From the NCBI GenBank assembly GCA_000320545.1, contig ADNK01000977.1, forward strand, positions 1-64,000: a stretch of 64,000 nucleotides of DNA, written 5' to 3'. The stretch is from Bigelowiella natans CCMP2755. Its lineage: Eukaryota > Protista > Cercozoa. Both the position numbers and the translations under genes were made by a program. Under the pieces are notes generated by a model that searched no databases, had not been told where the DNA came from, and saw only the letters and a list, made by a program, of their open reading frames with translations. This document shows, one piece after another, positions 24,039-38,240 of the stretch. Each line of letters begins with the position of its first letter. The stretch's first letter is position 1.

Positions 24039-25250
24039 TTTATGCGCAATGATCATCATCATCTTCTTCTTCTTCTTCTTCTTCACCATCGTCAATCGTA
24101 ATCGCCCCAGGAAGGAGAGAAAACAACAACCGAATCAAGTTTTTGTGTATTTATTTCCGGCCGGAGTAATAGTTTCTCTAGCCCCCCCATCCCCCCCTTC
24201 CCCCTCCCCCACTATAATCCCGGATTACATCGCGTGTTTCCACAACCGTAGCTCTAAAGCAGACCCGTTTTCATCATGCATTGAGTTTGTACATGTGGCA
24301 CAAGATACGGCGGTGCAACGTTGCGATTAGCTTCGCATCGATTAATTTGCCTCTAATACAACTTCATCATAGCGCAGGAAGGCTATGCACCGCCCTTATT
24401 ACCTATGCAGCGTATCGTACCTAGCTTGATTGGTGGCTTTGTGTAGCAGCACAAACCATGCAGCGCTCACGCTAATGCTGCGAATACATACCTAGAGACT
24501 ATATGCGGTACGTCACGTACGATGCTGTGCATATGTCTGTGCGAAATCATAATATTGTATGACGACGAACCGACAATAATAAAGCGCGCGGCGCTAGAGC
24601 GCTTATAGCGCAATTTTGCATCGGCGACGCAGTAGCGCATCTATATATAGGCATGTATGGCTAGATCTAGAGATCTAGAGATGTCTACATGTTAGCATAT
24701 AAGGCCGGCAGCCATGATGAGCACGCCTCCATGCAAGAGCCTAAATGTGCATGTGTTATGCATGGAGTCTACACATGTTATATGTTATATGCACATTATA
24801 GGGTTCTAAGGCCTTCATTGCGCACAAGCAATCAAGCGGATCGGAGGCGCATCATACGATATATATCTAGGTATGCGCCTATCTAGCTATCTGCTCTGCA
24901 ATGCTGCTGCTGTGTAGCATGGATGGAGCTCAGGCGCGCCTTTACATATTATCACATATTCATCAAATAACATGCTAGCATGTGCCACGTACACCTTGCT
25001 AGCTTGACACATCCGTCGGATCGGATCAAACTATATGATTATTCAATTCCCAAAATAGTATGGCTGCACGCATTGTGCGTGCTAGTATACTAGGCTGGCA
25101 GTCTCTCGCGTGCCTCCATGGCACAGCATAGCGCATGTGTTACAACTATAAAAAATCGTGGTAGAAAACCATGGCGTTCTACGGTTGACATCGACACCCA
25201 TGCATCTAAATTGTGGTGGTGTTAACGTGCTGCCGCTCACTAGTTTTTCA

Positions 25251-26133
25251 TCAAGAGGCGTTCCGCTGCAGCAACGTTTGCGACACAACTCCTATGCGCA
25301 ATTCCATGGCTGTTATTTCTTTGCGCAATTGGCCAAGTGAGGACGAGATACGATTCAATGGCGATGTATCTGTAATTCGATCATTGCGTTCCGTCATTTG
25401 CCTCTTGACCTACCAGTTCATTTTAGCAGTATTTGGTCGAGACATAAATCAATAAACCAACAAATATGAAAGCAAGTAGCTTATGTATTCCACGCATGGG
25501 CATCATGTTCCTAAAATAAGACAACGAAGAGGCTGAATAGTACAGTCGCAGCTATCTCTCCACCCAAAACTAATACACACTTAATAGAATACTGCAAACG
25601 GACCTGATCAACAGCCTCACTTTTTTTGGTCAATTCCCCAGTGAGCTCTGCGACACTCTGTGAGAGCTCGTTGTAGCGCCCTTGTATCTCGTTGAAATTC
25701 TTGTCCTTCTCTCGGAAATCTATGCCTGCGACATTTCAGTAGCCACGTATCAGTCAGATAAAGAAACAGAAGTAAACCAAGGGGGTGCAAGGAGGCATTT
25801 GTGAAGCGCAACAAGGAGAGGAAAGAAAAATGAGAAGGAATCAGTTGGCGCTGCCTCGGACCTAGGTGCTCAAAATCCTTGTTGATGTGGTTTTCTTTGG
25901 CCGATATGCGGTCCACAGCCTCCTGAAGCTTCTGCCCGACGTTGATCAAGATCGAGCGCACGTTCTTAAAGCGCTCTTTCACGAGAGTTCTATGGATGAT
26001 TTGTCGGCATTTCGAGAGAGCAAACCGCGCATAGCATAAGAAACAAAGAAACGGGTACGAAAAAACGCGGGGGGGGGGGGGGGCTAGCACGAGGGGAGAT
26101 AGGGCAGGTGCTATGAGATATATGTCGCAAAGG

Positions 26134-26174
<41 letters not shown>

Positions 26175-26611
26175 AGAGAGAGAGAGAGAGAGAAACATCG
26201 AAAATTGCGTATCATCCTCTTGTTGTTTCTTACTCATGCTTAGCTGACTGGTCAAGGTGCGAACGCCATTCATGAGAAGGAAGGTTCTTGTTCTTCCACC
26301 GAAGCATTGGCCCCACGCGCTCAAGCTCCAAAGCCCACTGTGTGTGATAGCATCGTTTAATATTCATACGTGCGAGCATGGAAATGTAGATGTAGGACAT
26401 TGCATGTATTTACTTCATGGTTCCGAATCTACATTACTTGTGAAATGGTTATTTAAGTCAACACTCCCCCCCCCCCCCCTCTCTTTCTCTCGCCTCCATC
26501 TGTGTCTCACACACTCATTTCACACTTTTCCAGTGCTTTCTACAATCTCTCGTCACCATTACCTTTGCTGGATCAACGTTAGATTTGACAACACCTGAAA
26601 TGTGATGATGC

Positions 26612-26655
<44 letters not shown>

Positions 26656-26671
26656 CAGGAAATAGAGAGAG

Positions 26672-26713
<42 letters not shown>

Positions 26714-27226
26714 GGGTGATCAGCATAATCTGCTGCAGAACGAATTCGTATGACGATCTCATTTCACTAACTGCATTTGTTGTATCGAGCAATGATCAAA
26801 ACCATGCACAGCATCATCATCATCATCCTAGTAGTCAGTACCTTGGATCACCCTCTGTTCATTCTGTCTATCCTTCAGGTCTAGGTCAATGGCACTGATA
26901 TCGACGACATATGCAGCATTACGTTGCATGATGACGGTGATAACCAGGCGTTAAAAATTATAGACAGCACTAAGAGTTTCTTTCTTTATTATTTGAGCTA
27001 TATGGAGAGCCGAGTGAAGATCGGTTTGTTAGCCAAAGTGGGTGAATATTATGAAGGAATATAATGATATATAAATACCTATATGGGGACACATTTTCCA
27101 CATCCTCTGTCACCTGGATGGTGGTGATGGTGATGAGTAAAGAAGAATGCAGCAGGAATTAATAGTATGAAAGAAAGCGCAAAACAAATAAAGTTAATGC
27201 ATAATACAAGCGCGTAACACGTACAC

Positions 27227-27281
<55 letters not shown>

Positions 27282-28472
27282 ATATATTATACAATATACG
27301 GTGCATCGGTGTCCTCCGTCTCACTATTCATTCTCACCGTATCATCAATTTCATCGCCGATCTCCGCTTCTTCGTCCACCTATGTTCAGAGATGTCATTT
27401 AACATACCAGTAGAGCATAGATGCATATTGAAAGTAGATGTAATTATCCCCCCAATGATCTCCATGAGCATATTTTCATCATCATCATCATCATCATCAT
27501 CAATCATCACATATTCTAATGTGGATCATAAAAGACAGACCTGTGCTTCTTCAACGATATCAGCCATCGTGTAAACGGGCGGTTGCACAGCAAATCCCAT
27601 CTTTATTTTGTTGCGACAAATTCAAATTCAAACAAAAGGTTTGTTTGGATGTGGATTGAGCGTTCTGCTGTGCTATGCTTGCGACATGCATGGCGTTTCT
27701 GATCTTCCAACTACCTTCTTCAGTGCGCAATCAGCAAGGAAGTTGAGCACCATACAAACAGCATCGCCCTATTGGAGAATATGAAGGTGTATGTGAGAGA
27801 TGGATTTGATGGATGAGATCGAAATGTGTAAGTTTTGGCATGATATCCGAACCGATCCGTGGCGCAGTTTCGAGACAGGAAATTCTCCCCGGAATCCAAG
27901 CCTTTTGCACTCGGACATCACCGTTTGCGAAATCGAGTTTGGGTCTTCATCAAAGTCTGCCCATTTGACGAAGTCTATTCCCTGCGAGATTACGGAGGAG
28001 AGGAGTTCAGTAGAAAGCTTAGTGCTTTTGTGGTTGAGAAGAAACCAAAACAGTTCTAAGAACTTCCCATTTCACCAAATCTATTAATCAACCCCCCCTA
28101 ATTGACAATAGCACCGATGTTGTGAGCAGCCATCCAGAGAGAGCTGCGAAGTAAGGGAATTGGTCCGAAGGCTTATCCGGCACAGAGAAGAAGCACCGGT
28201 GGAGAGGCTTGAAATCACGCCTCGGCGCCAAAAACTTTGTCTCATAGTCTAGGATCTAAGTTGGTAATGAGTGCCTCAGAACATCATTAGACCTTAGGCG
28301 ATGATGTTTAGTTACCTTAAGCTTCTCAAGAACGTCCTCCATCAGTGCATATACGTTAGCCTCGCCACCATCAATGATCCTTGCCAAACACCATAGAAAT
28401 AAAACCGAGTTCGCAGAAGGGATATTAATTTCCCAAATAGGATGAATTGAACCTTCGTTTGTTGGGCTCCAT
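25251..28472 (-). CDS. IFT57: Intraflagellar transport protein 57
   Basis: Spliced product has MEDVLEKLK|ILDYE...KPLHRCFF, FDEDPNSIS...FPVSKLRHGSGDAVC, WALELERVGP, EWRSHLDQ, ISAKENHINKDFEHL and TDTSPLNRISSSLGQLRKEITAMELRIGVVSQTLL, all IFT57 hallmarks. Confidence 0.95.
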
Positions 28473-28581
28473 CCTGAGAAGGTGGGGAAGGGGGGGCGGG
28501 GGGAGCTGCTGTTTCTCCTTCCTGTCGGTTTTGGTTTTGATCAAAGGAGCGGTTGCCGGGCGATCATCGAGACTTTTCCGA

Positions 28582-28631
<50 letters not shown>

Positions 28632-29089
28632 CTCTCCAACATAAACCTGCCGTTATCCCCGCAGCAGATTCAGAAAGTATCCAGAGAACTTAGGTTATTT
28701 CACCTTAGAATTTGGTATCGATAATGTGCTACGAAACCCAGGCCATTTTTCGTGAAATGGAGTGAGGAAGGCGGTTGAAGCTTGCAGAACAGAATCGCCC
28801 CTGCGGAGGCCCCATTCTTCCAATCACGTGCTCTCTATGAGGCAACACCCATTTCACCTGTGATAAGAAGGTGTGAGCCCCATATTAATATCACCTCACC
28901 CCCAGTTTCCGTAATTGAGAAACGACAGCGAACCCGCTTTGGTTGCAAAGTCGGGGCCTCGCGAAAGTGACGAATCTCTCAACTCGCCTCAAATTTTGAG
29001 ACTCATTAGCCTTAAAACCACTCTAAATTATGTACTTTTTGCTTATCTTCAGGCCAAAATTTCCTAAGTTCAGTCACACAACCGTGTCA
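28473..29089. promoter_or_regulatory. Divergent (bidirectional) promoter region, IFT57 / aftiphilin-like
   Basis: Head-to-head start codons about 620 bp apart, with a probable 5'UTR intron on the IFT57 side. Confidence 0.6.
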
Positions 29090-31767
29090 ATGGCTGACGA
29101 GGACGACTGGGGAAGCTTCGACGATTTCGGGCCGGCACCAGCTCCCGACAATGCAAATGCAAATACAAATGCGAATACAGACGGGGAGGGAAATGGATGG
29201 AGCGGAGGAGATGATTGGGGATCATTCGAAGGTGGAGATGCTGATGGTACAGCAACAAATGAACAGCAACACCAGGAAGCATCTGTCACGACCACGAAAG
29301 CAGCAGCAGATACGACATCCTTAGAGGGCAAACAGATACAACAAGTTGGCGACGGTGGTGGTGGTGGTGATGGCGGGGACGACTGGGACTCCTTCGGTGA
29401 TGATGCAGCTGGAGGATCAAAACTTCAACCTGAAGATACATCGACGGATATCGCAAATCCAGGAAAGGGGAATGTTGAAGGTGGTGAGAACGGCGGTGAT
29501 GACTGGGGTTCTTTCGAGGATGAAGTTATAGAGAAAACACCAGAGGCAGACGACTCTGCAGCAGCGGCTACAATAGTACCAAAGGACAAGCCAGTTGAGC
29601 AAAAGCAGGACCAACAAGTTCCTCACTCATTGAGCGAGGACAACGGTGACAAGCATGGAGGTGATGACTGGGGTTCTTTCGAGGATGAAGTTCCAGAGAA
29701 AGCAACAGTCGACTCCGCAGCAGCGGCTACAATAGTACCAGAGGCAGACAAACCAGTTGATAACGGTGACAATCATGGAGACGATGACTGGGGCTCTTTT
29801 GGGGATGAAGGGGGTGTAGAGGGTGGAAGCAGCGGTGCAAACGAAGAAGACGATACCAAGCAATCCCCCGACAAAGGTGAACAAACACTCTCAGACAACA
29901 ATCCGGCAGCAGCAGCTTTGAGCAAGGACAGGAAGAGTAGTGAGGAGGCTAGAAATGATGAATGGAATAATAACTTTGGAGATGAGGAAGATGGAGCCGT
30001 TGCGGGCCATAATGAGGAAGGGAAAGACAAAGACGAGCGGTCTTTCGACGAACAGCCGTCATCAGCATCACCGTACAATGATGGATCAATCACTCTTGAG
30101 GAGGACAACGAGGATAATGGTATTGTGGGTAGTAGTAGTACCACTACCGCCATCACCCAGCAGACAGCATCTGAAACGGATTATCACCCCGGAGAAGGCA
30201 AAGAAGAAAAAGAAGCTGGGAAGGCAGAGGTGATGACACCATACGAGCGCTCTGCGAAACACACCACCACCGCTACACTATGATAGTCCAAATGATATCT
30301 TGTCGATATCATCGGCATCATCACCGTTATTCATTCATTATTGATTCATTTCTCAGGGCGACGTTTTGGAGTTTACGTCAAGCTCGGGGCAACACGATGA
30401 TATCAGTAACAGCCTAGAAACAGTGCCGCCACTGGAGGCGGGCTCCGAGGAAGCAGTGGAGGGAGGAATAGCGGGTGGGGAGGGAGGAGCTGCGGAGACA
30501 AAGTTGCAGGAAGGAGGGAGGAAAGTAGCCCCTAACCCTAGTACCAATGTGCACGTTCACGATGAAGGACTTCACCCAGAAGAAGATATTGCTCTATCTG
30601 AGAGTAGTGCTTCTGACAAAGACGAAGAGATGAAAAGTGGAGAGGAAGACGAAGTCGCTCCAGCTGTTACTGCTGTTGTTACTGCTGTTACTGCATCAGA
30701 AGGCAGTCCGGATTTAAAAAACAAAGAAGAAGACGAAGACGATCCTCTTGCTAGTGTTTTTGGAGGGGATGAGTGGGGAATGGGTGGGGGGGAGAAGCAG
30801 ATGGAGGAATCGTCTGAGCAGCCGCCAAATGCAGAGGTGACACACAGTGATGAGGTGGAAAAATCGGCTGAGGGTGAAGAAAAGAAGGCTGATGTGCAAG
30901 CGATGATGGGGGGGATAGTAGGCGGGGACGAAGGAAAAGACGCCGCTGAGGAGGTCAGTGAGACGGTGGCAGAGAGTGTTGAAGGTGGCGTTGGTAACGA
31001 CGACGATGGATTTGTCCATATTAGTAGAGAGAATATTGACGATCCAGAAGTCGATGATGGCAATACGCCGAATGACAATATTGAGCAGCGGAAAGAGGAA
31101 GATGATAATGATTCCGGTGCCGAAGTGAAGGGTACTGACGAAGACCATCACGTCCAAAATGATGCTGATCAAGAGCAGGCAGCTCCAGCAGCAGCAGCAG
31201 ATATGACCAACATTGTGACAACAACGACAACAACAACTTCTACCACTACAACTAATACGGCTGCGGCTGCTATTCCTACTACAAACGAGGGTCTTCTAGA
31301 CGAAGGTGTTGGTGATAATACAACTAATCCTGATAAGAATGAGGAAGACAGAGGAAAGGTGGTGGTGGTGGTGGAGGAGGAGGAGGAGGAGGAGGAGGAG
31401 GAACTGTCTCAAATTGAGAAAGGAGAATGCAAAGACGATAGAATTCCAGAGCAATCAGCAGCTCCTCCTTCATCGTGGGAAGCGACGGCGCCTGTGGCGC
31501 AGGGGGGGACGAAAGCGAAAGATGAGCTCTCGCCTGCTATCGGTAAACAAGACGGTGATGGTAATGATGATGATGCAGCAGCAGTAGCAGTAGTCGTATC
31601 TTCGCAATCAACAGAGAACAAAAATGGAGGGAGAGAGGATGATGGCGGCATCGTTCCCACCCCACAGGAAGAGCATGAAGGGAAAGTTATCAGCAGCAGT
31701 GCTGATGATGGTGGTGGCGACGAGTGGGGAGCTGCGTTCGGTGAAAGCAGCCTCCACGACGACAATT

Positions 31768-31803
<36 letters not shown>

Positions 31804-33009
31804 GCAATGATGATAGATCATTTGCTGCTACTCCCGACATCCCGAACACTGAGAGCAAAAAAGGTGATAATGACACAGCAGCAGAAGACAGCGAGACTTT
31901 GGCCCAGGGAATGGGAGAGGCGCCGCTAGCATCAGATGGAGATGAAAACAAGGCCAACGGGGCTGGGGATAGCAGCTGGAGAGGGGGGTTTGGAGACGAG
32001 GTTGGCGACATCAACGCAAACGGTGATGATGATGATGGTGATGATGATATCCTCGCAGAATCAAAAATTGTTGCAGAAGATACCGGTGCTGCACTCGTCT
32101 CGACTGCTGCTGCTGCTGGTACTGAGATTGCTGATGCGAGGGTGGAGAATGGGGTTGGGGGGCATGAAGATACCAGTGGTATTTTCGCAGGAGAAGCAGC
32201 AGCAGAAGCAAAGGATGGCGATGACGTCGTAGGAGAGGATGATTTTGGATTTGGAGATTATCATAGCGAGACCACGAATAACATCGAGACAAAGGACGTG
32301 ACAGGAACAGCGACGAAAACTTCTGTCATCGAAGATAATGACAATGAGGCTCAAAATGATGGCTGGGGGGGATTTGGAGAGGACGAAGCTAGCGACAACA
32401 AATCCAACACTTTCCCTCCCACAGAGGAGGAAGCTACGACTACTACCACGCCTAAGACTAGCAACGAGGCCGTTGTTAACGAAGATAGTGAAGAAACGCC
32501 AACCGATATCGCGAAAACTGATGATGCCGTCACTGAGGATGGAGATGACTGGGGATTTGATGATGCTGGTGCTGACGATGCTGGTAGGAAGGACAACATC
32601 GGTGAGACCAAAGATACGACAGTAAATGCATCCGCTGCTACGACAACGGTAGATACAAACGGAAATGGGGACGATGACGACGACTGGGGAGGATTTGGAG
32701 AGGAGGACGATGTTGGCAAGACAGCAATCGGTGATACCAAGACGACAGGGGATAGTGCTTTGGAGAATAAACATCAAGGTGATGATGCTGGTGGCAACAA
32801 TATCGGTGGAGGAGGGGGGAAAGATGACAGTTGGGCAAATTTCGGGCAGGAAGATACCACAACCGCAGCACCAGCACCAGCAGCAAATACACAGAAGCCA
32901 TCCATCGATAAGGTCCCAAAGTCTCCCTAATAACACCTTTGGTCAATACTATTAAAAATATATGTTTACTCTCTTCGTCTTGGTAGGCGTTTGTGCATTA
33001 TTATTTATA

Positions 33010-33096
<87 letters not shown>

Positions 33097-33690
33097 ATGT
33101 AGCGTGCGCGCAAACATGTGTGATAATGAGTATTGTATGAAAACGCGTCTTATTCTTCTTCTGCCAGGCGGATGATGGCGTGCAAGATGAAGAGCAGGTT
33201 GATTGGAGCAACTTCGATGAACAGGACGGCGGCGCGGATCTTGCTTCAGATGCGAAAGCAGCTGATAACGACGACAACGACGACCAAGATTGGGGTGGTT
33301 TTGACGACGATGAGCAGCAAGCTACTGCAAGCAGAGATACGAACAAAACAACAATTGCCAATGAATCTGGAGCTTCTATATCCGTCATGAAAACGTGGAG
33401 GATGTCGGCCGAGGAACGAAGCGCAGTTTTTCGCAATGTCAGTACTTTTTAATGGCGCGCCCTTCTGTAATGTTCCTACGCATGCTCGCTGATTCCATTA
33501 TAAGAATTATTCTCCCAAAATACTCACTGCCCTCTTTGTAGTACCTTCTCTGTGCCGGCGGGCTGCTGGAGGGTAAGGACAGGGGAAGGACGAGGGGGAG
33601 GGGGAAAAAGAGGATGGTCAAACAGGATATTACATTATCAAAGGCCGTCCAAGCTGCGGCAGCATCTTCAAAGTAGTGCGCTCTCTCTCC

Positions 33691-33773
<83 letters not shown>

Positions 33774-34782
33774 GTACGATGCTAGGGTTTCTTCTCACCT
33801 TCCCTCTAACCTGACAAACATCATCATCCCATCATTAATTCGTAGGCTCTCTGCACTAGTTTCAGCAGCACAGGATGATGATGAATCATCATCATCGTCG
33901 TCGTCATCAACGTTCAAATGGTTGCCCCCCCTGGAGAAATGGCACGATTCGAGCGCACAGCACGTGCTCCACCAAATCTTGAAAATCCCCATCTCTCTGC
34001 CACCGCAGTCTAGAAAGCTGATGTTTAAGGTGATATGATGCTTCCTCTTTGCCCTTTTGCCTAAATTTCTTCTTTTTCCGGAAATTGTGCCCAGCCGTTA
34101 TTGCATCATTTCCTAGTTTTGTGCAGTGGAAAGTAACGTATTATTTCAATCGCGCAGTACTGCGGGGCATCTTTCACAGAACTACCCCAGTTGAGAAGAG
34201 AGATACTGATGACGAAGAATATGAGGGTGCAACTGTTGTGGAACGATTGACACACTGTTTGTTTTCGTGTCATCGTCTTTGTAGGTTACCGAGCAGAGGG
34301 TTCATTCTCCTCCGCCAGCAGCTGTCAGATCAGTATCCTCCAAGAGCGATGCAAATGTTATCAACGTGCTCGGTATTGAGATGGGAAAGGACACGGGGTA
34401 AGTCGTCACATATGACAGAGCATCAACACCTCAATCTACCCACGTGCAGCCCTCATTTTCAGCGCCCTCATTCACTGATTTCAGACTGAAGTTGCATGCC
34501 TAATTGTTGTCATTTCGCATTTTGCTTATTGTGTTTTTAAGTCGGGAGGTACCGACGACGCCCATTGCTGTGACCAGTTTCATGGGAGGGCTTCAAGCGG
34601 ACGGTTCCTCGGATATGATGAACGGCGGCGCCGTCACTTTCGAATCCATTCGCAATGATATCCAGAATTTGATCCTTGGGTTGCCCAATCTTAGCTTCAT
34701 GCTGTCGAAAAACACGGCAGATGCAGACCCAATGGTCGGTGATGGTTTTGTTTCGGACACAAAACAGCAGCCTGTGGTATGA
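29090..34782 (+). CDS. AFTPH: Aftiphilin-like AP-1/clathrin accessory protein, acidic and disordered, about 1540 aa, 7 exons
   Basis: Eleven acidic WxxF motifs (DDWGSF x5, WDSF, WGGF x3, WANF, WSNF). WHDSSAQHVLHQILKI resembles the aftiphilin WxxSxxxxxLxxxLxI block, and the C-terminus has LPNLSFML (family LPDLSFM). Exons 29090-30229, 30357-32912, 33168-33437 and four more splice in phase. Confidence 0.75.
29490..29800 (+). repeat. Intragenic tandem duplication of a WxxF-containing unit
   Basis: The blocks ggtgatgactggggttctttcgaggatgaagtt and gcagcagcggctacaatagtacca each occur twice (copies starting near 29495 and 29660), followed by a partial third unit. Confidence 0.85.
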
Positions 34783-35937
34783 TCAAAGGAATAGCTACAT
34801 CATGACGCAACTTGCTTTTCTTGAGAATAAGAGAATTGCAATCGTTTTTTTTTATGTGAAAAGTGTAAATATCTAGACATGCTGTGATTCAAATTCTACG
34901 ATTAGAGTGTTCTAGCGGGTTCGTTCGATATCTAGGTATGTGCATGGTTGCTCGCTGTAACACTCTTGCGTCTAATCGAGCAGCAGAACTACAGAAGTCT
35001 GTGCTGTCTAGCTGTACATGCATGATACAATAAGCTTCATGTGCTGCGTAATGAAGTCGAAAGAAAGTGAGCTGTTTCCACGCATCTGTGCGCTGTGATT
35101 ACACTGTGCGAATTTAATGGGAATGTACACGCTGTCTCTGCGCTGCATGCGTATCCGCGCACGCACATCACGGTAGATGACATGCTCGATCTGGCGACGC
35201 GAACTGTTTTTTTGGACAAGTACGATGCCGATCCATGAGGGCGTACTGCTTCAAAATTTCTCCATACCATTCGATAACTCTAAAATCGTAAACACAGACC
35301 CATGATGAAGACGCCATTCATTTACACGTAGCCTCAACATGCGACCGCCTCACTCTTCGTCGCACTGCCCTCGCCACACAATGCTAGAATGCCTGTTCCC
35401 GTAGCTGCCTATACTTTGAGTATTCTGCTAACTAACAATGCTGTGCAAACAATGGATGAGAAAAGAGTAACAAGTGTGAGGGACAGGTAGTGTGTTGGAT
35501 GACGCTGCCTCTTGCTAGCTAGATGTGTCACCTTGAATCGATGTCAGGCAAATGAAGGTTTCCGTCCATAGCGGTCAATGTATCGATGTAGGACAATTTT
35601 TGCACGAAGTTACAACTGGTCCTAGCTCCACGCGTTAGCGACTAGATCCCACCTACCCGACCCCTTCACCGTTGACTCGACGCCTCTACTTCGAGGAGAG
35701 AAAAGACGCCAGAAAGAAAGGAAAAGCATCCTGAGAGATCCTTTTTTTAGAGAAAAATGCAGATAAATCTCCGTCATTAGCTTGTTCGCGACAACAATAT
35801 GGCCCCAACTTTCACCGAATCGGGGAAGATCCTAGGTCTAAGACTCAGGTGGTAAAATGCAGGGCATTTTGTTGTGATTTGGACATACATTCGAGTAACG
35901 TCCCCCTCCTCAATCGTTCGAGCTCGCGAAAGCGCAC

Positions 35938-37068
35938 ATGGGTTGCGGGAGCAGCGTCCGGACGGACCCAAGTGACTTGTTTAACCGGAATCTCACCTTG
36001 AAAATCGAGGAATACGTGCAGGAGCTCAATGAAAGGAAGAAGATAAAGAGGAGAGGCTCTATCCAAGCAATGTGCATGATGTTCCCCAGGGTTAAAAAGG
36101 TAAGATCGTTGAAGAATGAGGGGGGGTTATAGCTATCACGTATGAGCACCCTCACATACACGTACATACACAAATTTAAGCATGGTAATAGTCTGGTATA
36201 TTGATGTTTGTGAAAACAAGGCCGAGGTACAGTATTATGGTGTGAGGAAGAGAGGGAGGGAATGTATGTGATTTTTTGCTATACAGAAATAATATACATG
36301 TATTTCCATATTATTTGAATTTTGCAATATTACGGTAGGGCTTCGAGAAGCTTCGTCAGGGATATCTGAAGCTCGAAGACGCAAAGCTGAAGGGGATAGA
36401 GTTTGAAGTGCTACATGGTGCAAAAATCTTCGATGGCTTCGAAAAAGATAAGCTTCTAGAGTACATTAACGAATCCGATGTAGATTCAAACAAGGTAGTA
36501 CTGATAGTAATAATTACATCAAAATCAAATGCATATTCGTGACTTTACTTATCATTTCCTTACTGATCCATAGGTGATAGATTTTCGGGAGTATATTTTG
36601 GCTTTATCCTTCATCTTCTTTCTGCATCAAAATATGAGATCGTCCTATGATCCCCATCTCATTGCCACTTACGACATCGTTGCGAGGTCTGCGAAACAGA
36701 TTAGGGAAATATGAAATGGTGTTGGGCTTAATCGTTCACTTGTTTTGAACTCTCTCTTTCCTTCTGTGTCTGTATGGGCAGATCGTGGAATACCTTCGAT
36801 GTTGACAAGAGAGGATGGATTCAAAAGAAAAAGGCCATGGGGATAATAAACGGTAATTCCAAGAGTGGAGCGATGAAAGAAACCGTATTTACTGAAGAGC
36901 GATTCAATGAAATGGATTGGGATAGAAACGGAGAAGTCAGGTATATACTTGGACGATTCAATTATGATGTTGCTGAGCCTTTCTATAAATATCAGCTTCA
37001 AGGAATTTCTCTTAGCTTTCCTGGAGTGGTCGGGAGTGGAATTCAGGAATGATATCGATGATGAATGA
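35938..37068 (+). CDS. Calmodulin-like EF-hand protein of the CML21/CML22 type with an N-terminal MGC acylation motif; 5 exons
   Basis: MGCGSS start, MMFPRVKKGFEKLR, SDVDSNKVIDFREYI, FDVDKRGWI and RFNEMDWDRNGEVSFKEFLLAFLEWSGV (compare plant CML21 RFEEMDWDKNGMVNFKEFLFAFTQWVG). Confidence 0.88.
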
Positions 37069-37873
37069 TGATTTGACATCGCGATTCGCTTCCACCCAAG
37101 TTATAGATGGAAGATTTTCATGTTTTTCCAGACGTAGACACATTTCAATGCCCTAGGTACTTGTGAAACGCAGCGTCTTTTATGGCGGACACGTAAGTGT
37201 TTTCGCTTATTTAGTGACGTGCTGGCGAAAAAACAAATATACAGGATCAGCGATGTAGCCTCGATGCTGGATAGCTATATTAGAGCAAAAATGGGAGCAA
37301 TTTGAATGTCAACACAGGCCGACCCGCCCCATTCTTTTGTACATGCGCCTGCTAGACAATTTTGCTGCGCATGGATGCACTTTTATGTGTAGCTACTGCG
37401 ATATAGCCTTAGCTTATAAGCTTGCTTGTTGTGGATCCGCTTGCAGCACAATTTTTAGCCGCATAGCATTGAAGCAGCACCAATGCAACAAGCAACAACA
37501 ATACATACTTACGCTCGCCATTTGTGGAGTTGGCAATCCTGGGAAATTCATGCGATGTCCCGAGGACAATGCACGCAATGCAAGCAGAAGCCACATGCGA
37601 CACATGTGGCACGCTGCAGGATCGACGTACACGGATCATCTCCTGCAATATGCAGGAAGTACGAACATCAAAGGCTCAAACTGAACAAACAACTGACGGC
37701 CATCATGGACCGCAACGACGAATCGAAACGAAACGCCTCACAAATGCAGAAGAAAGAGCTCTCACTGCTGCGCGCTACAAAGCACGACATATGGTCGACC
37801 AAATTGCAATGCTTTCACATACATGCACCATGTGACACTAGGAAACAAGCAGACACAACTTAAGCGCTGTAGC

Positions 37874-37941
37874 CGCTGCTCTGCATAGCTACATTAGGAT
37901 AACCATTGAAAAAAATTAAACATTTCATTACATCCGTCTCA
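37874..37941 (+). repeat. Dispersed intergenic repeat, copy A
   Basis: 37888-37941 matches 42316-42369 at 47 of 54 positions without gaps. 37874-37899 matches 57524-57549 at 25 of 26. Confidence 0.85.
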
Positions 37942-38240
37942 TAGTTACGCTCGCTTGTTTGTATATGGAGGGCACTACCTTCTAACTCACAATGAGTAGC
38001 ATGGCGTACAAGTCAGAAAAGACTTCACAATAACATGTGGAAGCTAAGCTACTGTATGAGTCGTATTTACAGGATATCGATGAAATAATATTACACGCGT
38101 AGCTGCAAATATGCAATTCGTTATCATCGAATGTCAGTTATTCTTTTTTCTTTTCATTATTATGAGACATTTCAAATACTGGGATTTTACAATTATATTC
38201 ATGGCCAAATTGTCGCCTTTCCAGGTACAGCTCACATATG

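Noticed and set aside
24421-25093. CTAG clusters as interstitial telomere repeats (TCTAGGG or TTAGGG)
   Set aside because: The CTAGs are not followed by GG and are not in tandem register.
25540-25570. Apparent IFT57 micro-exon needing an odd acceptor
   Set aside because: Extending the previous exon to KKSEAVDQ|gtccgt restores the expected IFT57 spacing with canonical sites.
29490-29800. Spaced direct repeats resembling a CRISPR array
   Set aside because: Only 2-3 degenerate units, in frame within a eukaryotic exon, with no cas genes.
32061-32936. 291-aa antisense ORF and similar shadows over the aftiphilin-like and Raptor exons
   Set aside because: These are by-products of biased codon use on the coding strand.
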